A DNA stretch of 64,000 bases from Octopus sinensis. Taxonomy: Eukaryota. The notes under the pieces were generated by a model, which saw only the letters and a list, made by a program, of their open reading frames with translations, did not search any database and had not been told where the DNA came from. The translations under genes were made by a program, and so were the position numbers. The stretch lies in the NCBI RefSeq assembly GCF_006345805.1, contig NC_043001.1, positions 63,674,001-63,738,000 of the forward strand, written 5' to 3'. Shown one piece after another: positions 13,446 through 27,700 of this stretch. Every line of letters starts with the position of its first letter. Within the stretch, counting starts at the first letter, position 1.

Positions 13446-14566
13446 TGTATGTATGTATGTATGTATGTGTTGTGTGTGTGTATGTGTGTGTGTATGTGTA
13501 TGTATGTATGTGTGTGTGTATGTGTATGTATGTATGTATGTATATATGTATTAAAAGAGGTGTGTATCTTTCTTGGAGTTGGCGGCAAGCTACCAGGAGT
13601 GGGGAGTAGGGAAGAAAGAAAGAGCAAAGAAAGTGAATTTAAAAATAGAAAAAAAGAGAAAGAATTAGAACAACAGCAACAACAACAATTAACTAAGAAA
13701 GAACTTTTGTATGAACATCAATCTCATCATGAGTATTATCATTAACAGGAACAACAACTACAACTGCAATGGCAGTAGCAACAACAGTAGTTGGCGTTCT
13801 GTAGCTGAAATTGTAAATAGATGAGGCAGGAAAAAGTTGTTGGAATGTTTCATTTGTTGGTAGGGTACGTTGCGACGCTGCTGGGGGGGGGGGAGAGCTA
13901 TCAGTGGTGGTGGTTGGGGTTGGGGTGGTGATGGGTATTGATGGTGGCTGTAGCGTTGACTGTGGTGGTTTCAAGATGGGATGAAAGTATACAGCATCAC
14001 CACCAAGCCCACCACCACTACCAACGCCGTCGCCAGTACTGTCGCCACCGCCACCGCTGCCAGCAAGCTATCTTTGGAGCTAGACCAGGAAATCAGATGG
14101 AATAGCAACTATTTAAAGAAGCAGCAGCAAAAGCAGCAACAGAGAAACTAAGATGCTGCTGATAATGCTGTCTTATCCACTTGATGTTACTCAACAAATT
14201 TATTTAGGATCTTTAATCATCATCATCATATAATCAGTAGCAGTAGTACCACCACAACCACAACAACAATCATTATTATCATCATCATCAACAACCACAA
14301 TAACAACAACAACAACAGTGCGATCTAATTCTTTTCTCTTGTATTTAGTTTTTCTTACCGTTTTGTTTTTTCAGGGAAGTTGAAATAAAAAGTAGTTTAT
14401 ATCAAATTCGTTCGTCCTTTCTTAATTTTTTGTCCCTATAGGAAAGGACTGGCTGTAAATATGTGCACTTCATATTTTACATAATCTATCTTGACGACTG
14501 GGATTTGAACCGAAATCAATGAATTCGGTTCAAATCCCGGTGCAGTTACACCTTCCCATCTGGATC

Positions 14567-14613
<47 letters not shown>

Positions 14614-14631
14614 TAATAATAATAATAATAA

Positions 14632-14662
<31 letters not shown>

Positions 14663-14720
14663 AAGAAGAAGAAGAAGAAGAAGAAGAAGAAGAAGAAGAA
14701 GAAGAAGAAGAAGAATGATG

Positions 14721-14782
<62 letters not shown>

Positions 14783-14786
<4 letters not shown>

Positions 14787-16762
14787 TTCCTGCTTCCAAA
14801 AAGTGAAGAAACAAATGAACCAAAAAACGATAGACCCATAACCTGCTTAACAACTATGTATAAAATGTTAACATCTGTCCTGACGGAATATACCTATAGT
14901 TTTTTAACAGACAGCAGCATATTGCCTAATGAACAGAAAGGATGTAAACGTGGATCCTATGGTTGTAAAGATCAGCTACTCATCAATAAGATGATCTTAG
15001 AAGATTGTCACAAACGACACAAAAAATTGTCAATAGCCTGGATAGACTATAAAAAGACTTATGATTGCCTACCACACAACTAGATTAAGAAATGCCTGCA
15101 AATGTATAAAATAGTACCTACTCTGCGAAACCTTTTGTCTGTAAGTATGAGATCATGGAGAACTACACTAACTTTGAACAGTGACAATGAATCTCTAAAT
15201 GCTGGCGATGTAAAAATTTAATGTGGCATTTTCCAGGGTGACTCACTATCACCACTTCTCTTTTGTTTAGCCTTAATACCTCTCTCAAAATTGCTCAATG
15301 ACGCGCAGTACGGATATAAAATGTTTGATAACAATATAAATCATCTCATTTACATGGATGATTTAAAGCTCTTTGCAAAAAATGACCAACAACTCAAGGG
15401 CTTACTAGCGATTGTTAAACAATTTAGTGATTACATCAGGATGCAATTTGGCCTCGATAAATGTGCAAAAGCTACCTTTATCAAAGGAAAAATGACAGAA
15501 AAATCTGACGTTAACATTGACCAGCAGCATGTCATAAAAGAGTTGGACTCAGCGGAGAGCTACAAGTACCTAGGGGTAATTGAAGGGGACGGAATAAGGC
15601 ACTCGGTGATGAAGGAACGGATCAGGAGAGAATGTTATCGCAGAGTAAGAGCAATACTCAAGACAGAGCTGAATGCGAGAAACAGGATCGAAGCGATCAA
15701 TGCTTTAGCCATACCAGTCGTGCCTTACAGTTTCAATATCGTTAACTGAACAATTACTGAAATATGTAATCTTGACAGAAAAATACGAAAACTGTTGACA
15801 ATGCATAGAATGCACCACCCTAAGGCAGATATAGAACGACTTTATCTGCCAAGAAAAGAGAAAGGCCGTGGACTTTTACAACTTGCAATAACAATGAAGA
15901 TTGCTACAATTGGCCTAGACACCTACCTGAAAAACTCTGAGGACTGGATGTTAAAACTTTTCTCAAAACATGAAAACAAGAAAGCATCATACTCAGTAAC
16001 AAAACAGGCTACGGAATATCTAAGTGAAATCCGAATACAACAAATTCCGGAATTAGACATAAAAGAAACAAGCACAGAAAAAGCTAAGCGCATGAAAACC
16101 CGTGCTAAAACTACTGCCTTAGATATTCTGAGTGATAAATGGCAAGAAAAACCTCTCAATGGCAAATACCCAAAGAGAGCGAATAATGCCGATGTTGACA
16201 AAGCCCTGACCCATCAATGGCTAATGGCCTCTGGCTTAAAATCTGAAACAGAAGGGTTTGTCATAGCAGCTCAGGATCAATGCCTACCTTCAAGGAACTA
16301 ACAGGCCAACATATTAAAGAACGGCAGTAGCCCAACATGTCGTGTATGTCAACAACAAAATGAAACCATTGATCATGTTGTCTCCAAGTGCAGTCTTTTT
16401 GCGCCTACAGAGTATCTCAACAGGCATGATAGAGCTGCACAATATATTCACTGGGTAATTTGCAAAAACCTGGACTTGCCCCATGAAAATAACTGGTGGG
16501 AACACAAACTACCTCCAGTGCTTGAAAATGACCGCATCTCACTCCTCTGGAACTTCACCACTCAAACTGACAGAAAGATAGATGCAAATAGGCCAGACAT
16601 CATATCGAAAGACTTCAGACAAAGAACATGCCTCCTTATTGATATGACTGTCCCAATCGATATATCTGTCAAGACCTACCAAAAACTGAGCAAATATAAA
16701 GATCTTGAAATAGAAATCAGCAAAATGTGGAACCAGAAGACTAAAACAATACTTGTTGTCAG
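14783..16762 (+). mobile_element. R4/Dong-type non-LTR retrotransposon (RT plus restriction-like endonuclease), truncated at both ends
   Basis: RPITCL, EQKGC, WIDYKK, GIFQGDSLSP, YMDDLK, YKYLG, CRVC..ETIDHVVSKC, RHD, RPDI..D..K..KY. In-frame stops. Begins directly at (TAA)n. Confidence 0.92.
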
Positions 16763-19700
16763 CACTTCCGTGTCTGTAAAGCTCCCCGGTACCACTGCCA
16801 GGTCAGGGATTTCTGGAAATTATCTAAAGGCCACGGCCCAGAAGTCCTCCGGAAAAAAAAACCAGTTAGTTGATCTCTCCCGACACCCGGAGTCTCCCTG
16901 AGTACGTCGTCGCTCTTTTCCTCCAGGTGGAGATTGTCGTGGATAGAACTTTTCCCCCATAGAACTCTATAGTGGAACTTCCACCGACCACATTGTCGAC
17001 ACTCCAGATGCCATGCACCCTTTCTTGCTCTACGCTTGATCCAGGACTGTAGTTCTGTCAATGAGACGAGCTGCGGAAAATCCTGTGTGACAAACGGTGA
17101 CCACACCTGCTCGTGGCCGCCGTTTGTCATACAGGATTTTCCGCACTAGTGATGACGCTGCCTCAACGCGTGTCTGCTCTTGATAGCAGATGAACCGTCT
17201 GATGAACGGAACACGTCCCTTCCACAGAAAGCGGAAGAGCAAGCGCTCCAGCTTAATCAGCCACGAAGCAGAGCAAGGGACGACGGTCAGGTAGTAGTAG
17301 TAGATGACGGAAGCGATGTACGCATTTGCCACCTCCGCCGGACCTTCAAGGGTAGCTTCCTCTCTGCCCACTTCTGGGTGAGATTGGCCCCCCTGCTCGT
17401 CACCCCCCCCAGTTCTTGTTCACCTGGAAGTCCAGGCCGAACTAGATCCCAAAGCATTTTAACCGGTCCTTCCGTCCAGCGCCCTACAACGCTATCGGTT
17501 GGCACGGATCTGTCTCTCTAGGTGCAGAGATGCAGGCCCACCGAATTGTCCTGATTAAATTTTGCTGTTATCACCGCTTCGTATTCCCTTAAAGTAGCGC
17601 CGATCACCTCGATTTCCGACACTATTACGGTGACATCGTCTGCATATGCCGACACGAAACCTCCGTATCTTAGATCAAGCGGGATGCCCCTCGAAATATC
17701 CAACTTCCTAAGTAATGGCTTGAGAGCACAGAAGGGGAGAGAGTGCCAAACGATTCCGATAGGCGGCCGTCCACTTTGACCACCGAACAGATGTCGCTTA
17801 CATTGCAGCGATCCAGCCTCTGAAAACAGGTGTACAAGCTCTGAAAACAGAATCCTCTTGCCGCTGCGAGGACATCCTCCAAGTATTGATGGTCGACCCT
17901 GTCAAAAGCTTTCGATTGATCCAAATTGATCAGGGCCCCACCCATGCCAAGTTCCTTCCTTACTCTTTCTATGCTGTAGCGCATGGGGTGGAGATTGTCG
18001 TGGATAGAACTTTTTCGGGATTGTGCATGTCTGAGCGTCACCGACCGGCTTATCAACGACAAGGCCAAAATCTTATAATCTGCGTTATTGGCCTAAAATT
18101 ATCTAATTGGTCCCCCTTGTTCGGGTTCTTTTTCAGCAACACCATATGCCACGGCTCTCAGCACTGGGTATTCTCCCGTTCTGCTGCCAGTTGTGGTAGA
18201 CATCTGCCAAGAAATCTCCGAACATGTCTGGCATATAAAGATAAATCTGCAAGGGTAGACCATCCAGCCCTAGAGACTTCTCCCTTGTGAAGCTCGTCAT
18301 CGCGTCCCGTATGCCTTCGGCTGTTAGCATTTCGCAGAACTCCGTATCCCTGGCCGAAATCTACCGCCATTCCCGGCACACAGCGCGCCCCGAACAGTTC
18401 GGCGAATTGCCGCTGAAACTCCATACACATCTGCTTGGATTCGTGTAGCATACGCCCGTCCCCGGCCCGTCAAAGACCGAATTGTGGTTATGTTGCTACG
18501 TTGCACCTTTGCCACCAGGGCCCATCGAACAGCTCGTCTCCTCATGTCTTAGGGCATGCACCCTAGCTCTGACGACACAACCTTCATGCTTGGTATTGAA
18601 GAATTGATCAAGAGCCAATCTCACCGCCATCACGTCAGTCACAATGTCGCTCCTAAGCGCCACATCTAGCTTCCTATCTAGCTCTTTCTTTATCCTAGAT
18701 TCCTCTAAGGCTATTTCCTTACTAGATCCTACTGCCCCTACTCTAATAGTCCTCTTCAGGGCTATCCACCAACTGTTGTTGACGATTGTGCCTGCCAACT
18801 TCTGATGGACTAACTTGTTAACCTGGTTTCTGAATGCTTGACGCGCTGAGAAAGACACGTTCATCTTCCAGTGCCCGGGGCCCGGCCTGTGGACCTTATC
18901 TAGCTCGACCGTACAGATCACAAATTTGTGGCCTGTGTAGCCGACGAGTGAACAACTTATGCTACTTTTATCGACTGGCCTACAGAATATCCTATCTAAA
19001 TACGATCTGGAAGACCAGGTGTTGTTCGCCCATGTCCACATCGGCGCGTTCGGGAAGTCCAGTCGATACCTGTCAGCCAATTGGAAACGACTGAGCAGGT
19101 TTCTGAGGTTTTTGCACCCACCTCTCATATCGGCTAGCCCAACCTATCCAAGTGTGCATCCAAAATGGCGTTCCAATCGCCCACTAGAACTAAAGTGCGA
19201 GATGTCCCAAGGAAAACCTCCAAACGTCCTAAAGAAATCTGGCTTCCCCACCCCAGTTGGGCGACTGATCTGAAAGTACCACCTTCGCTGTTGTTCACAT
19301 CCAGGACCATCAGCATACCTTCCAGGTCTAGGAAGATCGTCCGTACCTCGATATCCAGGTTTTTACAAAACAGCACTACCACCCCACCCCCACCCATCAA
19401 TTCAGGCCGACTAAGAGATACGTAGATCTCGAAATCGTCAAAAGTGGGGACTAGATCGGATAATCCTGCTTTTGCTGACGGCTGTCACATCCCAAGATAG
19501 TGACCTAAGGTCGTTGAGCAAGCAACCCTGCTCCCAGGGCGACCCCAGGCCACGAATATTTATACTACCTCCACTTAAACATCCCCGAACAGAATTTAGA
19601 GAAGAAACAAAGAAGCGCCTACTTACCACTCGGATGTCACTGGAGGTCAGGTGGCTCAGTGTCCCTTTAAAAGCCTAATCGTGGTCTTTACAGTAGGGAT

Positions 19701-21215
19701 TCCCACATCACCCTACATGGCCTTGCTTTTTGCTTTTTGAGCCAAAAAATGAACTAACTAACTAACTATCTCCCTAATGAGTTTATATGCTTCTGTAAGC
19801 ATTCGCACCAACAACAATGTTTCCGGCACCTGAAAGGTGCTGGTGCCAAAGATCACACCTTCTCTCTCGACATCCTCCCTTTGTGATAAGAGGTCCATCA
19901 ATTGTTTATTTGACTTCCTCACTAACAGGAAGTTAGGTGTTTGTGTGATTGGTTGTGACTGTTGGGAGTGTTTTCTTTTGATCGGTTGGTGTAGTTGGGG
20001 TAGTGTTGGTGGCGCAGTTTATGATTGTGGTGCTGGAGAGGTTGGTGATGCTGTCGGTGTCTGTGGCAGTTGTGGGTGTATTTTCTGTTTTTTGATGTGA
20101 GACTTGATGCATTTTTGTGATACCTTTTCTTTTGGGGGGAGGGGATTATTTTGGGGGTTTCCTCCTCATTTTCGTTTTTGTTGCCAATGAATGAGTCTGT
20201 GGAATCAGGGTGTGGATCGATGGGGTTTGAAGTGGACGGAGAGATGGAGGGAGTGGGAGAGCTTCGTTGGAGGATCCCCTGGGTGTTGCGTGTGTTTTTA
20301 TGTAACGTCTCTTCGGCTGTTAAAGGGAGTGAAGCTGGTGTTGTTGATGTTGCTAGTGAACTGAAGTTGCTGGTGCTGTTGCTGCTGTGGCTGATTTTGC
20401 TGGGGTTACTGTTGTTACTGGGTTTGCAATATCAGTTCACCAGCAACATCAACAACACCAGCAACAGATGCAACAGCTCCACTCCCTGGTATTAGTGATT
20501 TTCCTTCGTTTATTGGTTTTGCTGTTCTTGTTGATGATGATGCTGTTGTTGCCGGGGTTGGCGCTTCTTTGGTTACTGGTCGTTGTTGGTTTGGTTGTTG
20601 TTGTTGTTGAAGCTTTTAGAGGCCTCGTGTTGGTAGTGAGGGACTTCCATGGTTCCCTATCTTGTGTTGGGAGCAGAAGGCTTTTAAGTGTCCTGTCGTT
20701 CCACACAGGTAGCATCATGGCCTTCTACCCTCAACTGTGACATATAATTCTTCCCCTCCTGGATGGAGAATAAGGTCTGGGATCTTGTGAACAGCTTCTG
20801 GTTGAATGTGGAGGAATACCTCCACACTGGTCCCGGACCAATTTTCACGTCGTGTCCTGTTCTCCTGGACATTATTGCTCCCTGCCAAAACGATCGCTGC
20901 GAGAATCCACCATAGCGATCTTTATGCACACCATCCTCCTTAAATAGGATAGATGGAGTACATATTTTACACTCCAGCAGGGAACCACGGTATACATGGC
21001 AGCCAGAGCTTCAGATTTAAAGTGCACTGAAATCCCCGCAAACTGTTATATATCTTGATATATGAAGAATGTCTTTCAGTGCCCTTTCCACGCCCACCTG
21101 ACTCGCCGTCTCTGGCCGCTTCATGTTTACGGACACGCATCTGTAGAACATAGTTTTCTTCTTTGTTTCTGCCAACGCCTCGGTTGGGATGGCAATACTG
21201 GCTTGCACCTATTCC
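16763..21215 (-). mobile_element. Decayed Tx1/L1-clade LINE (ORF1 remnant, AP endonuclease, RT)
   Basis: SINIRGL, LVGDWNAIL, WTW...SYLDRIF, GPGHWKMN, KSLGLDGLP, LDQSKAFDRVDHQYL, AYADDVTV. Confidence 0.9.
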
Positions 21216-21494
21216 ATTCTTATTAATTTAGCTCCCTCAGCAAGACACATGTCTTTCCGAAGCAGATCCATACAAAAAAGAAATCCTTGCTTCCTGCTGC
21301 TGTTGCAGCGAATGTAGTCTGGTTCATATTGTCATTTATTAAGATGTTATTCGTTGTAGTGGTGGCGGTGGTGGTGTTGGTTACGGTCAAGAAACTGTCA
21401 CTATGTGCTGTCTTTCGTCGTATTCGTTGTAGTGGTAGTGGTGGTGGAGTCATCTGTGATTTTGATACTGCTTCTGTGAGCTATCTTTTGAGAA

Positions 21495-21807
21495 GGCGGT
21501 GGCGAGCTGGCAGAAACGTTAGTTCGCTGGGCGATATGCTTAGCGCTATTTCGTCTGCCGCTACGTTCTGAGTTCAAATTCCGCCGAGGTCGACTTTGCC
21601 TTTCATCTTTTCGGGGTCGATTAAATAAGTACCAGTTACGCACTGGGGTCGACATAATCGACTTAATCCATCTGTCTGTCCATGTTTGTCCCTTCTGTGT
21701 TTAACCCCTTGTGGGTAGTAAAGAAATGGGTATTTCGTCTGTCTTTACGTTCTGAGTTCAAATTCCGCCGAGGTCAACTTTGCCTTTCATCCTTTCGGGG
21801 TCGATAA

Positions 21808-21812
<5 letters not shown>
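21495..21812 (+). mobile_element. tRNA-derived SINE, second abundant family (further fragments at ~22340-22695, 28485-28630, 29012-29220, 45295-45810)
   Basis: AGCTGGCAGAA head, GAGTTCAAATTCC B box, conserved GTCGACTTTGCCTTTCATCC core; many copies in the window. Confidence 0.85.
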
Positions 21813-21850
<38 letters not shown>

Positions 21851-22869
21851 TGCCCTGATGCAGTACCGGGTAGAGGCTCTCATGGCTGCTGAACTTAACA
21901 GATTGGAAGTATTATCATGTACATTGTTTTGTCTTGGTATAAAAGATGGGCTACAGCAAATATTCTGCCCAATACCACAGATTTGCTTGTCAGTTGTTTG
22001 ACCTTAACCAGTTGAGAATGTCCCTTAGTGGCTGGCGATATGTGCATCTCTGATCACGTGCAGAAATAGTGGGGGAGCATTATAGCCATGTGTTGAAAGG
22101 TATTCTTAGAGGTTTGGATAATTCACCTTTGGAAACATGGGTGTTTCGTTCAACATCCTTAAACAATCCTTATTCAAAACCTTTTGAGCGGGATGGGCTA
22201 CTCGACCAGAAGAAAATTCTAACTGGTCCCTACCTGCAAGGTCATGCGCTGTTTATCTTGATATGAGATCACCATGTCGCGCACATATGGTTGTGATGCG
22301 TGTGCCTGGTGTACCCTTATCAGGCGGGTAGTCATAATAAGCTTTTCTACTATATGCACAAGGCCTGAAATTTACTGGTATTTAATTTATCGACCCCGAA
22401 AGGATAAAAGGCAAACTCGACCTTGGCGGTATTTGAACTCAGAACGTAGCAGCAGACGAAATACCACTAAGTGTTTCACCTGGTGTGCTAACGATTCTGC
22501 CGGCTCGCCGCCATTAATCATTTCTACTATAGGCACAAGGCCTGAAATTTTGAGGGAGGGTGCCAGTGGGTTGCACTGACTCCATTGCGTAACTGGTACT
22601 TAATTTATCGGCTCCGAAAGGATGAAAGAAAAGTCGACCTTGGCGGAATTTGAACTCAGAAGGTGAAGACAGGCGAAATGCCGCTAAGCTTGCCGTCTTT
22701 AATAATAATAATAATGATAAGAATAAGAATTTTCCGGTTGCCCAGTCCTGGCTAAGAAGGAATATGTTTACAAACACGACAGAGCTGGGACCTATATACA
22801 CTGGAAGTTATGCCAACACTACAGAACAACAGCAGAAAAAATATGGTAAAGGCAACCTAAGAAAAGATC

Positions 22870-23320
22870 ACAGAAAATGAGAACGCAACCATACTCTGGA
22901 ATATGCCAAAACACACAGATAGAGAAATCAAGGCTAATAGGCCGGATATAGTTGTCACAGACGACCAAGAAATGATGCCTTCTATTCAATGTATGAATAC
23001 CAACAGATGACAACGTTTCTTTTACAGAAAGGGAGAAACTTTCAAAATACAAAGATTTGGAAATTGAGGCAATTCGAATGTGGAGCCTAAAAACAGAAAC
23101 AATTCCCATTATAGTAGGCGCATTAGGCATGATAAAGAAAATATTCAGACAAATACAAAACAAAAGCACCTGGACTTACAAGTATATATAACAGACAGAA
23201 AATAGCATTATCAGGTACCGCACACATCCTACTTAAAACACTTACAATACAGTAACAATAAGGGCACCACAACAAACCACAGCAGATACCCAGTGGAAAC
23301 ACATGATAAAAATAAGACTA
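22870..23320 (+). pseudogene. 3' RLE-endonuclease fragment of a second R4/Dong-type LINE
   Basis: ILWN..TDREIKANRPDIV, KLSKYKDLEIE, IPIIVGALG, GTAHIL, followed by a (TGA)/(TAA) tail. Confidence 0.85.
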
Positions 23321-23321
23321 C

Positions 23322-23358
<37 letters not shown>

Positions 23359-23668
23359 AATAATAGACTCTCTCGTCGAAGACGACGTATGAGCGGTCAG
23401 CTTTTGCTGAACGACCTGCACAAATGATTTGTTTATAGTGATCAAATGCACGTTCCGTACTCACTCGTGCTCACTTTCTCCATCAAATCGACGTTGTCTG
23501 AACAGGTGCACCGTGTACTAGACATGTCGAAGTGACCGCAAAGCAACATGAGATGAAGTGTTTTGCTCAAGAACACAACGCATCACCCGATCTAGTAACT
23601 GGAATCGCGATCTAACGATCGTGAGTGCAACACACTAACCACTAGGCCATGCGCCCTCACTGGGGCGC

Positions 23669-23725
<57 letters not shown>

Positions 23726-23738
23726 TATAATAATAATA

Positions 23739-23782
<44 letters not shown>

Positions 23783-23994
23783 GTGATGCTACTGCTGATT
23801 TCTTTTATTTAATCACTAATCACCAAGACAAAGGGCGGTACAAGACAATACAATAAGGTATGATATGATGAGGGGTTAGATGAAAGCGTGTAAACAAAAG
23901 AATAACAAAAACAATGAAACAAAAATATACAGACAAGAAATATTCCCAATAGGGCAGAAACTTGCAAAAGCTGCTCGTAGAAATCTCGCAAAGC

Positions 23995-24540
23995 CGTAGT
24001 CACCCTTACTACTTCCGCTCTTGATCTACAATTGCATGCTCAGAGAAGACTCGTTCACTCGGACCATCCTTGCCATATCACTCATCTTTCAAATAATTTG
24101 CTGGAAAGCAGCACTACCCTCTCTACCCTCACTTTCCTGTTAAGGTGAAAAGTGAAAGAGTTGATGAGAGCTTGGCCAAAGAGTAATATGTCTAACTTCA
24201 GCCCCTCCAATCTGGTCCACTCCTCTTTCGCTATGACAACCAGGTAGATAAATATTGTCGGTCCTTTTCAATCAAAAAAAGAAAGCGGAGAACGATCTTC
24301 ACACTGAGCTCAGCCGAATGCCGAATATGTCATACACGCGAGAACAGGTGCTTGAGGTAAGCGCAAAGTCACAAATGTTGGAGCAGTGACAAATGCGTGT
24401 AGAACGGTTTCGTCGCTTAGCACGCATCTCGGGCCAACCCGGCAGGCGGCACTTCCGTGACTCCAGAGTTTATAGCGAACCGGCAATGCCATCCAACAGT
24501 GCTGTCCGGTCAGAGACTTCTGAAAATAATCCGATTATAA
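23995..24540 (-). pseudogene. Tx1/L1 3' zinc-finger (zf-RVT-like) remnant
   Basis: ALPVRYKL...PRC...ETVLHAF. Confidence 0.6.
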
Positions 24541-24839
24541 AACCTAATTGCCTGACTGGCAGAGAGCCATGAGTATCTGATGACACTCAGTCTACGCTTA
24601 ACCCAGGATTACAGCTCAGTTAAAGAATCCGGCTGTAGAAAAGCGAGCCTTACAAACGGCAACCACACCTGGAAACGCTTGAGATGTCTTAGTTCAACAT
24701 TAGACAGGAGGAACTTAGATGGCCTGTACAGAGACCTCAAAAAGGACCAACCCAAGACAAAAACAAAAAGACAGAAACAAAAAGAACAGTTAGTACTGTT
24801 CTTCTGTTCTTTTTGTTTCTGTCCTTCCTCTTAGAATGG

Positions 24840-26340
24840 TAACTCTAAGACTGTGGTGTATAAATACTCGCGGGCGCTGGAGGGTAGCGTGGAAACGGAG
24901 TCACCTGCTCAACGACCTCAGGTCACTACATCTGGATGCAGTAGCTATTAGCGAGACTAGAATTTCCGGAACGCAATCACTCTATCTGGACGACTACGAA
25001 GTTTAAACTACCTCCAGTCGGCATGGATCAAGTGGTGTGGAGTGGCGGTGCTGTTTTGGATAGGTCTTGACGCATAGGTGACTACGGTTTTCTAGATCCA
25101 ATCGGTTGGTTGAACGAAAGTAAAGATTATGTGGGAATATCTTATTAGGGAGTGGGGTGCAAAAATCTTGCAAACCTTCTCGGGCATTTCCAACTGCCTG
25201 AAAATCTTCTCGATTTACCGAACACGCCAATGTGGACATGGTCAAATCTCAGTGGGTTGCCCAGGTCATACTTAGGATTTTGATCATGCTAACTGATAGG
25301 CATTGTATCAGTTATCCATAGTTTCAGATCATTGACTATTCAGACCAAAATTCATGACCTTCCCAGTCAATCTAGAAAAGACAAATAGACAAGGGTCAGA
25401 TTACCAGAAGAAAGTGTTCTCTCCGTCACAGGAAGATTTCGGGTGTCAGATTAGTATACTAATTAAGGGAGAATTGACAGGAGCAATCAATTGATGGGCT
25501 TCACTAAAAAGGAAAGTCAAAGAGACATAAGTTAGTTTTAGCAAAGAAATTGCTTTAGTAAACAACAGAATAGAACATAGACAAGTCAATAGTTTAGATG
25601 GGGCACATAAAGGAGGAATAACAAAAGACGTACTAGCGGCCAGAATGGCCCTCAGCAATTTCTTCGACACAAAATATGGTTTCATTGTCCGAACTAAGGT
25701 GCATGCGCTGAAACATGAAGGCTAAAAGCCGTCGATTGAGTCCGAGTGGCAGCAGCATTGCTGTTTTCGAGGAACGGTATACCTGCGACAGCAGGCTTTG
25801 AGGCCTACCTCCATGGTTTGCTGTATCTAACTGACGGAGATTGAGTGTTGCGATAAACTGATTTCAGTGGAAGAAGTAACAGATTTGCTGAACCTGTCAC
25901 CAAGATTGAATGATCTGCTTTATGAGCTATATTTCGACATGGTTGTTTTGGCAGCCGTCTACTACAGCTAGCAATAAACTGGAAGCATCCCCAGTCGTGT
26001 GAGCTGGGAAGTGGTGACATTGCTGAAAAAGGAGAACGTGATGGAAATTTGCAGGCCCTTAACTCTATTCAACATTAAATTAAAGATTATAGCTAAGGTG
26101 CTCGCCAAGAGGCTGTCGCTTATTGTCGGTAATGTAGTCGGAGACGCGCAAACTTCCCGGAGTAATGGTCAATTTGGATAAATCTAAAAAACTATCTGGT
26201 GGTTATCCTAAGAGCTGCCGGTTTTCGTTTCCGTCTTCAGAAGCTCGATCACCACAATGTACAGTGGAATCTGCTCGACGGTCAAATTAAACGGATACTT
26301 CTCAGATTGATTCTTGGCATCGACGAGAACAGTCTGAGTG
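24840..26340 (+). pseudogene. Highly decayed Tx1/L1 endonuclease-RT remnant
   Basis: VVTLLKK...RPLTLFNIKLKIIAKVLAKRL; resembles the 16763-21215 element. Confidence 0.65.
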
Positions 26341-27149
26341 GTCACTTCTGGAGGACTCTAAAGTTGAAGATTATGGAGAGCATACAAAAGTGCTTACCAG
26401 CCAGTGCTACGGGTGTCAGGAGAAGGGGGCATTATCTGTTCAGGACAAGCACTTCGGGTTTTCAGACTTTCGGAGTCGATAAAACAAGTAAGGATTGAAC
26501 ACTGGGGTCGATGTAAGCGACTGGGCCCCCTCCCCAAAAAATTTGCGTCTTGTGCTTATAGTAGAAAGGATTGTTATTGTGATCATATGGCAAGCAAAAA
26601 TGTATTACATTCGGAATTAATGTCCTTGATACTGGATCACAATCAGTTTCATTTGATATCGAGGATCTTCCGAACAATCCTTGTATTCTTAATAGAGCAT
26701 ATTTCTGTACTGAAGCATGTTACGTAGTTAGATCGATTTCAATAGGGAAATTACCAAGTCTGCTGGTGACGGTACCGATAGCACTTTATAACCACTGAGA
26801 TTACTTTATCAGAAACCATCTAGTCTTCTCATTTCCCTGAAGATTGACGCAACTCTACACAAAGATAAATACATAATAAGAAGAGCGTGATGCGATATGA
26901 ATTAAATACAGATTGACTCTGTTCATTTCAATAAACAATATTTCTATTGTACGTCTGTCTTTCTCGGGTTCAAAATGAAAAATGAAAAATACACAGAAGT
27001 TCAGAAATTCAAAATTTGAAATGGGATATCCTGCATTCCTTTCTAGACAAAATGACTAGTAACAAGGATAAAGAAAAGAAAGACGAAAAAAGAAAGCAGA
27101 GAAGAGAACACAGTCAAAAAGTTTAGCGTAAATGTCGTAATTCTCGTCT

Positions 27150-27700
27150 CATTTTGTTAATTCCTCCAGGGTCTGAGGTTTGTCATTCACAAGTATATTT
27201 ATCCTCATGTGATTCGGGAATTTGAAATGCAGTGGAGTCAGGATATTTTCTGAGAATGTGTACTTTCAGGTGTCTCTCAAATTTACAGTCGTTTGATGTA
27301 AAATGTTCGGTTAGTTCCGTCGAAGTACTGTTATTGTGCTTGATGTTATACCTGTACCCATTGAATCTTTTAGTTAATGTTTCTGTTACACAACCAACAC
27401 GTTATGTTTGCTGTACTCGGATGCGTACACCAAATGGAATCGTTTTAAGCCCCACCTTTTGTATAAATCATAACTTCTCTGTTATAATTTGTGATGGAAT
27501 TGACTGTCATTCACGATTTCCTTCAATCGAAACGCACTACAATCGCGTTTGACATAATGGCGCACAAAATCATTTCTATGTTTCCAATAATCCTCTGTAT
27601 CAGTACAAATCCGTTTTATCCTCAAAGATTGAGACTTTGGATTTGATTTAATTGTATAATGTGAATGACCTGAGCAATATGGAATGGCGTAGGTTTGCAA
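27150..27700 (-). pseudogene. Penelope-like element remnant (RT thumb plus GIY-YIG endonuclease)
   Basis: SGHSHYTIKSNPKSQSLRIKRICTD matches the PLE thumb pattern. Downstream VG..TETLTKRFNGYRYNIK..ELTEHF..LKVHIL..DPGGIN. Confidence 0.75.

Noticed and set aside
22870-23320. Continuation of the 14783-16762 LINE split by Tx1
   Set aside because: It overlaps the same endonuclease segment and differs in sequence, so it is a separate copy.
26715-26815. Minus-strand CTGATAA...GAAAT...GTA downstream of the PLE remnant
   Set aside because: The position is suggestive but stems cannot be drawn convincingly.
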